64,000 nt of DNA, taken from Octopus sinensis (Eukaryota). Shown in pieces: positions 37,725 through 51,793 of this stretch. Location: contig NC_042998.1 in NCBI RefSeq assembly GCF_006345805.1, forward strand, positions 29,140,001 through 29,204,000, in the 5' to 3' direction. The notes beneath the pieces were generated by a model. That model searched no databases. It was not told the DNA's origin and was given only the letters and a program-made list of their open reading frames with translations. Position 1 is the first letter of the stretch, and each line of letters starts with the position of its first letter. Made by a program: the position numbers and the translations under genes.

Positions 37725-37790
<66 letters not shown>

Positions 37791-38060
37791 CTATACATAT
37801 ATATATACCTATACATATATATATATACGTATACATACACACATACATATATATATACGTATACATACACACATACATATATATACGTATATATACATAC
37901 ATACATACATATATATATACATATATACACACACACAGACATATATATATATGCGTATACATATATATACGTATACATGTATATATGCATATATTCATAC
38001 ACACACATTTATAGGCATGAATATGTGCATACATTCATACATATATATACATATGTACGA

Positions 38061-38111
<51 letters not shown>

Positions 38112-38180
38112 CATATATAAATACAATACATAAATACATGCACACACACGCATAGACTCACACACACACATATATATATA
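37725..38180. repeat. Compound CA/TA/TACA microsatellite
   Basis: Directly visible. Confidence 0.95.
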
Positions 38181-38952
38181 AATGGCATTGGATTATTCTT
38201 CATGATAATAGATTTACGTAAATGAAAAAAAAAGGCTTTATTCTTTATTGTTTCGGTTAGGATATTTCAAAACCGACTTCGCCAAACAGTTAGAACATGA
38301 TAGATAAATCGTTCCCGGCACTGACTGATAATATATGGGGCTCCAGTCTGAGGTTAGACCTTCTCTCTTGTAATATATTCCTCTAAACAACCAGGTTCTC
38401 CTATTACGAAAAAGTTCATGGGAGCTGCTAGTCTGCATCTGATATTTGTGAATGTGGCCATTCGCTCACTCTCTCAATAACGGTTTCTTTGTAACTGCTC
38501 AAAATAAATCAGTATTAGTTTCTTTCTTGGATAACCACCATACATGTATATTTTAAGATAAAAAAAAATAGGAGAAGTGTGACGGTCACGCCTTTAGCAA
38601 ATGCGTACGTGAAACGAAAAGGCATCAACCGGAAATTGATATTACATCACAGATTCTGCTTGCTAAATTTACATTTTGCTCAACATTGCTCACCTCAAAG
38701 AAAGAAAGATTCTAGTGTAGCATGTTTCTATATAAATTTCCTTGTACGTATATTTAGTGGAATACTATATAAAAAATGATCGACCTGTAGAACCGATGTT
38801 TGTAAATTTGATAAACGTTTTGCATTAGTAGTTGGGAACGATTGAACGGGTACTTAAATCATACTCTCCACCAGCACTGCTCATATTCATACATACATAC
38901 ATACATACATACATACATACATACATACATACATACATACATGCACACACAC

Positions 38953-39030
<78 letters not shown>

Positions 39031-39033
<3 letters not shown>

Positions 39034-39227
39034 GGGGAGAATTCACAGAAAAAAACAAAAGCTGAAGACAAGTGGTGTAGACAACAAACAGATGTATTAG
39101 TATAACGCTCGGGAAGTGAAAAAGTCTTTAACGTTTCAAGCCTACGCTCTTCCACAGAAAGAAACACAGAAAGAAACAAGGAGAGAAAATAAAAAATGTA
39201 TAGAGGCTAGCGATCCATCATGGCGAA
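39031..39227 (-). mobile_element. Penelope-like terminal repeat fragment ending in (TA)n
   Basis: Homologous to 5054-5205. Confidence 0.75.
39125..39162 (-). ncRNA. Minimal hammerhead-like motif, CUGUGGA core variant
   Basis: Minus strand TCTTT-CTGTGGA-A-GAGC GTAG GCTT-GAAAC-GTT-AAAGA: stem I 5 of 5 bp, stem II 4 bp, AACGTT palindrome. Confidence 0.58.
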
Positions 39228-39228
39228 T

Positions 39229-39444
39229 GATAGCCTAGCCAGGCTCATGGGCGTATGTGTTCCCCAGCTGGACAGGACGCCAGTCCATCGCAGTGTTACT
39301 CATTTTTGTCAGCTGAGTGGACTGGAGCAACGTGAAATGAAGTGTTTTCCTCAAGAACACAACGCGTCGCCCGGTCCAGGAATCGAAACCACAATCTTAC
39401 GATCATGGTTCTGACACCCTAACCACTAAGCCACGCGTCTCCAC
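39229..39444 (-). mobile_element. SINE family C variant with a Nin/Deu-like block
   Basis: Minus: GCGTGGCTTAGTGGTTAGGGTG...GTTTCGATTCC...GTTGCTCCAGTCCACTCAGCTG...CTGCGATGGACTGGCGTCCTGTCCAG. Confidence 0.85.
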
Positions 39445-40019
39445 ACACACACATATATATATGTTAATGATGATGACGATGAGGATGATGATTGCTTCAT
39501 ATTATTACATGATAACCGTCTCGCATTCACGTTGAATGTTCTGTTTTGCTTTCATCCTTGAATGTGCGCAGATATGAATTTTCGCCATGCGTCCATCGCC
39601 TTAGGACTTTATAAGATATGAAACGGATCAAGAAATGAAATGACAGACAGACATCTCTACGTCATTGGATTTAAGTGGCAAAAGCACAACACTTTTGCCA
39701 CTCTTTCATCGCCATAGTAGCTTCCGTGATAAGTATTGATAAAAGAATGGTACTATTTTGACTGCAAGTTTTATGTCAGAGTATCGGTCTTCTAAAAATG
39801 CTGCTTCGCCAAGGCTTCGTCAAAAACAACAGAAGCCTCCTCTAATGCTGGAAAATCTAATTGAGCCATGAAAGGGACACTGATAAGTACCAGAATAGAT
39901 CTAGGAGTAATGGTAATAAAGGGTGATTCTATAGACACCACAAATCCAGAAATTTCGAACCGGAACCCCACCACCGGATGCAGTTTAATGACATATCCAG
40001 TACAATATAAAATCAACGA

Positions 40020-40303
40020 AGGCGGCGAGCTGGCAGAAACGTTAGCACGCCGGGCGAGATGCTTAGCAGTATTTCGTCTGCCGTTACGTTCTGAGTTCGA
40101 ATTCCGTCCATGTCGACTTTACCTTTCATCCTTTCGGGGTCGATAAATTAAGTTCCAGTCACGCACTTAATCCGTTTGTTTGTCCTTGTTTGTCCCCTCT
40201 ATGTTTAGCCCCTTGTGGGCAATAAAGAAAGAAGAAACGTTAGCACACCGGGCGAGATGCTTAGCGGTATTTCGCCTGTCTTTATGTTCTGAGTTCAAAT
40301 TCC
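40020..40303 (+). mobile_element. SINE family A full copy followed by a second head
   Basis: Full copy to about 40230, then AGAAACGTTAGCAC...GAGTTCAAATTCC again. Confidence 0.9.
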
Positions 40304-40474
40304 TTAACCTGTATAACAACACCTAATTTTCAAAAGCCACAACTTATATTTTCCCGTTTCACCTTTCTTATAGCTTCTATTTGAAATTAAACACTAATTA
40401 AATTAATATATTTACTATATTTAATTTATTTATCCAATCTATTTAATTTACACTAATTTATTTTACTTTACTAG

Positions 40475-40860
40475 ACTTGTGAGTGTACATTCACATCTGC
40501 TGGGCAGCTGAATTCTACAACACTGCGTAATATTTGTTTTCCGTCACAGAACAATATCCAGTCTGTTTTGTTTGCACCGAATTGGTGTTTTTGTGTTTTT
40601 ATTGGGAATGTTCCACCAGTATCCATTGTTTTTATAGGAGTGGATACCTGCTGGTTCTGACACGCTTTTGATGTATACGTCAGGGCAGTCCTAGAGACAT
40701 GCAATGTGCTAGATATCCGGCTCAGTAGACCAGCGAGTGTTATACACGAGTTAGCCTTCTCCTAGAGGGATGCCTTAATAAAGACTAGGGGTCCCTCACT
40801 CCCAAGGGCTTACTACGACTTCGGGCACCAACCCGAGCATTTCTATGTACCGTAACTTGG
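40475..40860 (-). mobile_element. R4/NeSL-like restriction-like endonuclease fragment with GC-rich upstream segment
   Basis: With frameshifts YWWNIP, RCKQNRLDIVL, VVEFSCPADVNV resemble the RLE pattern YWW..P.....NRPDI......+E.SCP.D.N. Confidence 0.6.
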
Positions 40861-40863
40861 TAT

Positions 40864-40955
<92 letters not shown>

Positions 40956-42889
40956 GTGGAATAAAAACGCAACAGTGGGCATTAAAACTTTCGAACAGAT
41001 AGAAGACACAAAGGCGGGCAAGAGATACAACAATTAGAAGGACGGGCAAAAAATAGACGGGTAATTCTTGGCTTTCTTTCATCAGTCAAGTACCAGAAGT
41101 CACAACCATTTCGGACAGATGATTCGATCTAGTTGTCCCACAAAATGTTTAAGCCAAGAGCATTAGACACCTTTGCTAGAAAGCTAGTGAATGTGTACGG
41201 CAACAATGATGTGCTTTGACTCCGGTCACCCGATACAGCAGCTACATTTGAATCATATCAATACAATATTGTGTATAATGTATATAGCATTCACCAATTA
41301 ACAGCTGATAATGATGTACTGAAACAATTGTAATGGTTTATATCAATGCCTACTCAAGCCAGCTTCACGTATTAAATAAAATACGTTCTGTTTATATTCT
41401 ACGAATCTTTGCAGATTTCCACATAAGTAAGAGGAGAAGTCCTGTATAATAACATTTGGTTGCCGTTACCGGAGAGGACTTTTGGAGAGCACACTATAAG
41501 GTTATAACCCAGATTACGTCTCATGTGATGGGTAACTTTTGAAGTATAACATTGCTACCATGGGTTATATCAAGAAATATGGCACACGCCCAAGCACTAT
41601 CAAATTTATTTGAGCATATACAAAATGGTGAAATGAATTTTCAGTACAAAAATATTTATTACACTGAAATAAAAACGTTAAATTAAAGCTCATTGTATAT
41701 TTGCAATACATATGATGTTGTTCTAGATTTTATCAGCATGATTGTCATCTGTTCCTTCGAAAACCAATTTCTGTTGAACATAACTTTAAAACTGTGTATT
41801 TTCCTGTACCTCTTAGGTCTAGACCTCTTGTATCGCTCTTTTACTCTCTCTTTCTTCTCCTGATACAATGTAAACTGTGACTGAGAAAAATCAACCAATC
41901 AGCGAGAGAGCCATCCAGTAAGCCAGCCAACCAACCAAAATATTAAATCGGCTATAATTAAATATCTACTACAATATCTATATCTTTGTATTTATCCAGT
42001 TATCTCGCTATTTATTGCCCTACCTCAGTATAAAACTATCTGTCTATATATACTATACATATAAATATACACACATGTATATATATGTGCATGCTTACAT
42101 ACATACATGTATGTATGTGTGTACGTATGTATGTATGTATGTATGTATGTATGTATGTATGTATGTATGTATGTATGTATGTATGTATGTATGAACGTAT
42201 CAGAAATGATATTTGTTTTGTTTCAGCGTTCATCAATTTAATATGACTGTGACCCAATTCCTTTGAGATGTATTTCAATGTTTATAAAACACAAAGATTT
42301 TACGACGGAAAAGTAGAAGAAAAACAATATGAATATAAGAAAATGGTAAAAAGAAAAGAAAAAACAAAACAAAACAAAACAAATACATATAAAGAGAAAA
42401 ATGACAAGTAAAAGTGAATCTGTAAGTGAACTTGAAAAGATAATACCTCGGTCCATAACTAGTTATTGCTAAAGAAAAAAAATGACTTAAGAAAAGGCAA
42501 AATAAAATGCCCGAAAAAAAGGATATTAGAAGATATTGCAAGCCTACATTGTTCCATTTTTACCCTCGCTTATCGTATCATTTCTTTCTCTATCTCTCAC
42601 ATTAACTTTGTTTTATCTTTCTCTATGAAATTATCTTTCATTTATCCCTGAAAGGAAGAGTTTTCTTCTCAATTCCTCTTCTTTTATTTCAACTTAGAGT
42701 CGCAAACGTAAGTGAATCAAAGCATAAATTTGAAACCGTATTTATATCTTTATTTCTCTTACATACAATTATATGTGTAAGTGTATATATGTATACACAC
42801 ACACACGCAAACACACACACACAGATAAATATATATGTGTGCATATATGCTGGTTATATTATGCTAGTTATATATATATATGTATATAT

Positions 42890-42916
42890 ATAGATAGATA
42901 GATAGAAATGTGTACA

Positions 42917-42971
<55 letters not shown>

Positions 42972-43085
42972 TAGATAGAAATGTGGGTGTATATATATAT
43001 ATATATATATTAGATAGATAGATAGAAATGTGTGTGTATATATATATATATAGATAGATAGATAGAAATGTGTGTGTATATATAT
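42890..43085. repeat. Compound tandem repeat (TAGA)n-AATGTG-(TA)n, four units
   Basis: GATAGATAGAAATGTG recurs at about 42900, 42970, 43020 and 43060. Confidence 0.9.
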
Positions 43086-43162
43086 ATATATATATAATAT
43101 ATATATATTACTAGTTCTAAAATCTCTCAGGAAGATTTTAGACTAGTATTTTTGCTTCCCTT

Positions 43163-43204
<42 letters not shown>

Positions 43205-43357
43205 ATATATATATAATATATATATATATACACTCATTCAGCAAATCAATAGAAAACGACAAATTCAAATAGTAAAAAAACAAAAATTCAGGGGCGTTCC
43301 CAGCGATGGAATAAAGGCATATGTGCATACATAAATACATACATACATACATACATG

Positions 43358-43400
<43 letters not shown>

Positions 43401-43789
43401 ATATACATACATACATGAACATGTGCATTGATTATATGCTGGTGTGTTTCAGTGCATGAATGAGTGCGCAATCTTTGTATAAACACACTTCCACGCCCTT
43501 GCAGTTTCTTCACATTTTACTTCCTTGCAAATATCCTCAGGTAATGGAATTCGGTCTCCAGTCTGACACCGAGTTTACAACCATTCATTTATTCATTCGT
43601 TCATTCGTTCATTCTTGTAATCTTTTATTCGTTCGTTCGTGCATTCATTTATTTATTCATTCAATCATTCTTCCTTTTGTGTTCTTTTTCATATCTCTTA
43701 TCTTATTTTCTATTTCCTCTCTATCTGCCTTACTTAAAAATTTACCAGTTTTGTGTTTATATTTGTAAGTCAGAGTTTGTAATTTTGTG

Positions 43790-43869
43790 TGTTGTATATG
43801 TGAGTGTGTATGAGCATATATATAAATGTACTTACATATAGATATATACACATGTATATATATATATAC

Positions 43870-43902
<33 letters not shown>

Positions 43903-44861
43903 CGTAATTATATATACATATAAACATACATATATACATATACATAAATACACATATACATATATGTATATATACATATATACATATATATACATATATA
44001 CATATATATATATACATATATTTATATACATATATACATAGATATATATATATACCTACATATATATATGCATATATACACACATATACATATATCCATA
44101 CATATACATATATACACATATATATACATATAAATACACACATATATACACACGTATATATACATACACATATATACATACACATATATATATGCATATA
44201 TATATATACATACATATATATGAATGCATATATATCTGTATATATATATATGTACACACACACATATATATACACACATACATAATTACATACATACACA
44301 CACATATATGCAAATGCATACCCATATACATATGTTCATATTATACATAGATGTATAGATGCATACATATACATATATGTATATACATACACAGGTGTAT
44401 ATGTGGTGTGTGTGTGTATATAGATGCATATTCAGACATATATGTATAAGATATGCGCAATGGTGTGCACATGTGTATGTATACATTCACATACACAGAA
44501 GTATGTTTGTACGTATCAGCTTTCTTGGTAATTCTTTTCAATTCTCCCCTCCCTCACCCCATCAGAGAAGTCAATAAGCAATTCGGGGGAGGGGGGGGTA
44601 AAGATCAACAATGGACGCTGTTTTATTATCGATCTCCGTATTTCTTTACTATTTGTTGAGCCTCGACTCTGGTGTCTTTTCAGACAAGTTACAAACAAGT
44701 GTCAGACCAACATGAAACCAGAATGACAAGAACTCTCGCAGCGTTAATGAAAGAAAAGAGGAGGCGAGGTGAAGAAAACAAGGAAATACTTAGTTCCTTC
44801 TCTCTCTCTCTCTCTCACGTTACGTTGACACGCACACACACATATATATATTATATATACT

Positions 44862-44952
<91 letters not shown>

Positions 44953-45060
44953 ATAGATAGATATGTATATACATATATATAATATATAGATAGATTGTAT
45001 ATACATATATATATATGAATATATGTATATATGTATATATATGCGTGTGTGTATATATCT
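43790..45060. repeat. Degenerate TA/CA microsatellite fields
   Basis: Directly visible at 43790-44480 and 44840-45060, with about 350 bp of non-microsatellite sequence between. Confidence 0.9.
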
Positions 45061-45448
45061 GGTGAAAGGAAGGCAGACAGAGAGAGATTGGGGAGGGAGA
45101 GAAAAGTGGAGAAGAGGAGAAAGAGAAGAGAGAGAGAGGGAGGGAGGGGGGGAAATCGAACATTGACATAAAATCAGTCAAATAGTGATTGAAGGCATTA
45201 TTATAAGGAACATTAGATGGCGATACTGAACCTGTAGTGGTTTTTCTGTTTAATACAAACACGTTCTAAACGAGATCTTCCATTATTATGGAGAATTCTT
45301 TGTTTGGAAGAGAAGTCTTTTTTCAAAAGAGATACGATTCCAGAATCCGGAATTCAATAGAGGCTCTCCATATCTTATCGAAAATCTCTTTTTTCTATAT
45401 ACACATGACCCCCACCCACCAAACACATGCGTACAAACACTCACACAC

Positions 45449-45485
<37 letters not shown>

Positions 45486-45605
45486 TATCTATCTATATAT
45501 ATACATACACATGTTTACATAAATGTGAAGTATGCATATGTGTGAGTGTGTCTGTGTGTACATATATATACATAGGAATATACCTATATATATATATCTT
45601 TATAT

Positions 45606-45637
<32 letters not shown>

Positions 45638-45877
45638 GTATATATATATATATGTATGTGTATATATATATACATACATATATATATATGTGTGTATGTG
45701 TGTTTATGTATGTATGTAAGTATACACGCATATAATCATTTGTCATACACATTCAGTTGCAATAACCCATACACAATTCTTTCACACTGTACATTAGTAC
45801 TCCCATCTCAGTCTTTCCATACAAAGTTTGTATGCCTACGCCCGCCCACCCATATATATATATATATATATATATAT

Positions 45878-46075
45878 GAAGCTGGATCTCTTCCTGTCAG
45901 GTGTCCCAGATGAACCAACTTCACGGCAGGAGGGGCAGATGAGGGCAGCTGCATCGAACTCTCTCATGCACCAAATAGCAGTTGCTAGAAAGCCTCCATG
46001 AAGTGAAACCAAGTAGCAACACCAAATGGCGGTGCCCCAGCATGGCCACAGCTCATAAGCTGAAACTAGAATCAA
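45878..46075 (+). mobile_element. CR1-like LINE, 5'-truncated 3' end (young subfamily)
   Basis: By eye only about 2 differences from the reverse complement of 52230-52425. Confidence 0.93.
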
Positions 46076-46429
46076 CAACATCAACATATATATATATATT
46101 TAGAATAATAAGGTAGTCAGAATATTCGGTGATTATATATATATATATTATTTACATCCTATTCACATTTTTAGCGCTTTCTTCCGTTTTCGGATTAAAA
46201 AAAAAATTTATTTAATGGTTCAAATTTAAATTTCTTGGCCTTTTTATAAAGAATTTTCTGTTCTTTATTTTCTTTTTTGATAGAAAGCGGTAAAAATGTA
46301 AATAAAGTGTAAAGTAAAGTGTAAAGTAAAATATATATGTATATATAATCATCCAACATTCTGACAACCTTATTATTCTAATATACTGTATCTGTACATC
46401 ACTTCAAAAACTCTCTCTCTCTCTCTCTT

Positions 46430-46800
46430 TCTGTATATATATATTATATATATATATATATATTATATATATATATTATATATATATATATAATATATAT
46501 AAATATTTATATATATATATAAATATTTATATATATATATAAATATTTATATATATATAAATATTTATATATTATAAATTTTTATATATATATAAATATT
46601 TATATATATATATAAATATTTATATATATATATAAATATTTATATATATATATAAATATTTATATATATATATAAATATTATATATATATATAATATTTA
46701 TATATATATATAAATATTATATATATATATAAATATTTAGATATATATATATAATATAATTTATATATATAATTATATTTACATGTAGATATATACGTAT
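46430..46800. repeat. AT-only minisatellite (about 20-bp AAATATTT(AT)n units)
   Basis: Directly visible. Confidence 0.92.
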
Positions 46801-47331
46801 AAGCATATTATAAAAGCATGTATATGTGTGTTTAAGAATCTTGAAATAAGTGAATTTTGCACTTTATATTTGCCTGTTTCATTTCCTTCTTTCTAAAATA
46901 GAGCAGCTGTTCGTAATCCGTTCAAGAATTGCCTCCAAAAATATAATTATGTAGGTGACAAGGTAGTAAAAACAATCGAGTGGAATAGAAAATGTAATAA
47001 CACGAAAAACAAGTTTTACAGTTTCTTATTTAATTATCCATTTCGTTTTCTTTTCGTATATTTTTGGATAACCCAAGGTAGCGTCTAATTTAGCGTCCCG
47101 CTGAAATAATATGTTGAAATTGTTAAATATGATAGAGAATTCTTGCACCTCATATTTTTTCAATATTTTTACCAATCTAGGCCTGTGGATATGTGAAGAT
47201 ATGTGTAGTATGCTGCTTATAGAAGGGTCGCTTGTATGTTAAGACTTAAAATGATCCAAATCTTACATATTTACGATATAAGATTCAAATTAATGATATG
47301 AAATTATACGAGATTATATATTATATATATA

Positions 47332-47372
<41 letters not shown>

Positions 47373-47938
47373 ATATAATATATATATAGAATATATATAT
47401 ATATATATTATATATATATATAATATATATATATATATAATATATATATATATATTATATATATATATATATATATACATTATATATATAATATAATATA
47501 TTAACATAATGTATTTAAGTAGGTGAATGAATTATCTAGTATGGATAATTCCGTTAATCGACACCTGGGTAGCAAATTCACGTCAGAAAACACGGTTGAA
47601 GCTACATGCCAAGGGCAGAAACCCCGTGTTCTTGTGTGGAAATTTGTGTGTTTTTTTTATATATGAATAAATGAAAGAATGGAGTCGAACAAAGATTTTA
47701 ACAAAATTCCTTTACTCTCAACACATGTTTCGAAGACTGCATACTCTTAATTCCGAAGGAATAAAGAGTGCATTATGCATATAATGTATATATTTAAATT
47801 ATAATTAAGGGTATCTAAAAGATACCATCATGCTAGATATAACAGTCGAAACTTGACTCTAAAACCACATTAAATATATACACAGCACTAGGAGAGAAGA
47901 CAAAGAGACAAAATAAACTAGTAAAAAATTATTGGATA

Positions 47939-47996
47939 ATTCCAGATTCCGGAGTTCTGACTTTGCATAAGAAAGGCTTTGCCTCATCATTGGAAT
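47939..47996 (-). ncRNA. Hammerhead-like motif, left arm (degenerate core)
   Basis: Minus: ATTCCA-ATGATGA-GGC AAA GCCT TTCTT ATGC AAA GTC-A-GAAC-TCCGGA-ATC-TGGAAT. Confidence 0.5.
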
Positions 47997-48415
47997 ATAC
48001 ACAAAATAGTACATAAATACAATTACAAATATATAACATGCGAATACTTACATATATGCACGTATGCACACGACCAGTTTAAATTGTCCGCCTAAACTCC
48101 ACTTCCTATATAGTCAAAATACCACCGCAGTGAATATGATGACGAATAATATTAATTATTACCTATAAGGTTTTTAGCCCCTTCATATAATCGGTATTTT
48201 AAATAACGATCTTATCTTTATTTATATAAATTTATATATTTATTTCGTCATTATATTCATTGCGGTGGTATTTTGACTATATAGCACGTGGGGTTTAGGC
48301 GGACAATTTAAACTGGTCGTGTGCATACGTGCCTATATATGTGTGTATACGTACGTATATGTAAGTATCCGTATGTTGTATACATATATTTGCATTTATG
48401 TACTATATTGTATAT

Positions 48416-48473
48416 ATTCCACTGATGAGATAAAGCATTTCTTATGCAAAGTCAGAAATCCGGCATCTGGAAT
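48416..48473 (+). ncRNA. Hammerhead-like motif, right arm (canonical CUGAUGA)
   Basis: ATTCCA-CTGATGA-GAT AAA GCAT TTCTT ATGC AAA GTC-A-GAAA-TCCGGC-ATC-TGGAAT: 6-bp stem I, bipartite stem II, CCGG palindrome, AUC triplet. Confidence 0.65.
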
Positions 48474-48713
48474 TATCCAATAAGTTTTTGCTAGTTTATT
48501 TTGTCACTTTGTCTTCTCTCCTGGTGCTTTATGAATATTTAATGTGGTTTTAGAGGCAAGTTTTGACAGCCATATCTAGCATGATGACTTCTTTTAGATA
48601 CCCTTAATTATAATTTTAATAATAATCATTACTTATGTGGTTTTTATTCCCATGCTAGCCACTTGTTATGATCGGTATTTAAAATAACGATTTTATCCTT
48701 ATATATATAAATT

Positions 48714-48770
<57 letters not shown>

Positions 48771-48777
<7 letters not shown>

Positions 48778-49075
48778 AATTAGAGAAGAACAACCATGTA
48801 GCAATCAACAATGGTATAATTAAATCATACCATATAGAAAAAAAATTAAATATACGATAAAACATATACCAATAATTAAGCAAAGTACAAAATAATATAT
48901 ATATATATATAGATATATATATATATATATATATATATTATCTATATATATGTATAAAATTAGAGAAGAACAACCATGTAGCAATTCAACAATGGTATAA
49001 TTAAATCATACCATATAGAAAAAATTAAATATACGATAAAACATTACCAATAATTAAGCAAAGTACAAAATAATA
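48771..49075 (+). repeat. Direct tandem duplication of about 125 bp separated by (TA)n
   Basis: TTAGAGAAGAACAACCATGTAGCAAT...GCAAAGTACAAAATAATATATAT at about 48771-48895 and 48952-49075. Confidence 0.93.
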
Positions 49076-49104
49076 TATATATATATATAATAATATATAT
49101 AATA

Positions 49105-49142
<38 letters not shown>

Positions 49143-49499
49143 TATATAATATATATAATACATAATATAATAATATATAATATATATATATTATATATAA
49201 CATATATATATATATATATATCTCATAAATAAACAATTATATAAATATATATATATTATACAAAATAATAAATAATATATATATATATGTTTACGCACAC
49301 ACAAATAACATACGTAAACATACGTACACACGTATACATCTCACTTGCACGTGTATAGAGGTGACATTCCAATGTGATGAAATTAGTGAGTTATAAAAAC
49401 ATTCGCTGTAACGAAAACTTGTTTATGTCGGAAAATATAAGATCGAGAAAAAAAGTGTTTAAAGCACTTAATTCCAGCTATATACCAGATAAGAATCAG

Positions 49500-51044
49500 T
49501 ATATATGTATACATGTATATATAGACGTATTTATATATATATATGTATATATGTATACATGTATATATGTAGACATATATATATTTATATATATATATAC
49601 ATATATATATACATATACTATACATAGATGCATAGATACATAGATACATATACATACATATATATATATATATACATACACACATATATATGTACATATA
49701 TATGCATACATATATATATAGATATATATACATACATATATATATACATATATATACATAAATATATATACATATATATACATACATATATACATATATA
49801 TACATACATATACATATATATACATAAATATATATACAATATATACATACATATATACATATATATACATACATATATATACATATATACACATATATAT
49901 ATATCATATATATACACATATATATATATACACACATTATATATTATATCATATTATATATATATAATACATATATATATATATATACATATATATATAC
50001 ATATATATACATACATATATATATATTACAATATATACACATATATACATACATATATATATATATACATATATATACATATATACATATATATATATAT
50101 GCACATATATTATATATATATATTAGATATATATATATATATATACATATACACACACATGTATTTGAATTTATGTGTTTGTTGTGAGAGAGACAGAGAA
50201 CTTATATAAGCGTGTGCGAGAAAGCGTGGTATAAAATGAGGAACAGCCAACTTGTCGACATGTCCCTATCTCAGCAGCGTTGTATTTCGTTTGAGGATCT
50301 TTGCTTTCTCTCACCGACATTACAATTGTACAAATATACAATCGCTCTTCATTTTATGCTACATCAAATCTAACGTCCCTTCTTTTTACAGCATGCTTCA
50401 CTTCACAAGAGATGAAGTCCCTCGTGTCACAATTCGATGACAGCTGATAGAGGAAATTACTACCTTGAGAATAATTTTATACGAGCTATGCCATTTGTTG
50501 CAAAATGGAGAATAATCTTGTCTTCGATTTTAACAGGCGAATTCATTCCAACAGCATGAACACAATAAAAATGTAACGTTTCTGAGGAGGTGTGTTCAGT
50601 CACATCTGTTGGCATAATGTTAGATTTTCTGCTAAGCCAATACATGAAAAAAAATTTCTGAAAATGAAGTCAAAACCATTTGTCATATCAACGGAATATT
50701 TGATTTTGCCTTCTGAATCTTGAAGCAGATATGCATGTATGTATGTATGTATGTATGTATGTATGTATGTATGTATGTATGTATGTATGTGTGTATGTAT
50801 GTGTGTATGCGGGTATGTATGCATGCATGCATGTATGTACGTACGTATGCATTTGTGCATGTATGCATGTATGTATGTACGTACGTATGTATACATGTAT
50901 GTATGTATGTATGTATGCATGCATGCATGGATGCGTATATGTATGTATGCATGGATGAGTGTACGTATGCTTGCTTGCATGTATGCATTTATGCCTGTAT
51001 GTATGTACGCATTTATGTATGTATGCTTGTATATATAAATGCAT

Positions 51045-51093
<49 letters not shown>

Positions 51094-51235
51094 CATGTAT
51101 TTGCGTGTATATATACCTACGTGTGTGAATACATGCATGTAATTTTTATAGGTAAATATGCATATTATACACATTCATGTATGTACACACACACACACAC
51201 ACATACATATATATATACATATATATATATGTTTA
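49500..51235. repeat. Degenerate TA/TACA/TATG microsatellite fields (49500-50165 and 50730-51235)
   Basis: Directly visible. Confidence 0.9.
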
Positions 51236-51721
51236 ACTTGCAGGCACACAAATATTAATACACACTCATAAAAATGCTTGTGTGTGTGTATATGTATGAG
51301 TGATTGATTACGTATGTGTCTAAGTATATCCGTTCGTATGTATTTGCTAGTATGTTTGCTTGTTGTCTGCGCACACGACGCAAGTACGAGCTTGACTGCA
51401 ATTCTGTCAGCAGCTGTTAACTACTTCAACGTTTGTGTTCAAGTGATCATTAAAAAAACACAACATCCATCATATTGATGCTGTTGTTAAGAAGAGAAAT
51501 TCTTCTCCGAATCGATCATCTTTGGAGGGAGCTCAAGAAAAACGATTGTGGATTAGATCAGCCTTTATCTGTCAAGATTCAAGTATGCAACATCTTACGG
51601 AAATCCTGTTCTGATTTAAGCCTTAATACAGTTCCCTGTTATATATGTAGTTTAGTCTTCATGTGTGTGTTGTTGCGCATTGCTTTCGTTTGACCATGTT
51701 TCATCTTGCGTGTGCGTGCCC

Positions 51722-51793
<72 letters not shown>

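Larger units (their letters stand above)
47795..48618. repeat. Long inverted repeat (arms 47795-48148 and 48241-48618) carrying paired hammerhead-like motifs
   Basis: For example TATAATTAAGGGTATCTAAAAGA / TCTTTTAGATACCCTTAATTATA and GACCAGTTTAAATTGTCCGCCTAAAC / GTTTAGGCGGACAATTTAAACTGGTC; 92-bp spacer. Confidence 0.92.

Noticed and set aside
40990-41095. Minus-strand CTGATGA...GAAAG as a hammerhead
   Set aside because: No convincing stem I, II or III; may be a decayed PLE terminus but not supportable.
51495-51545. LRIDHLWRELKK resembling Tc1 PIEHLW.ELK
   Set aside because: No SPDL or other transposase motifs around it.
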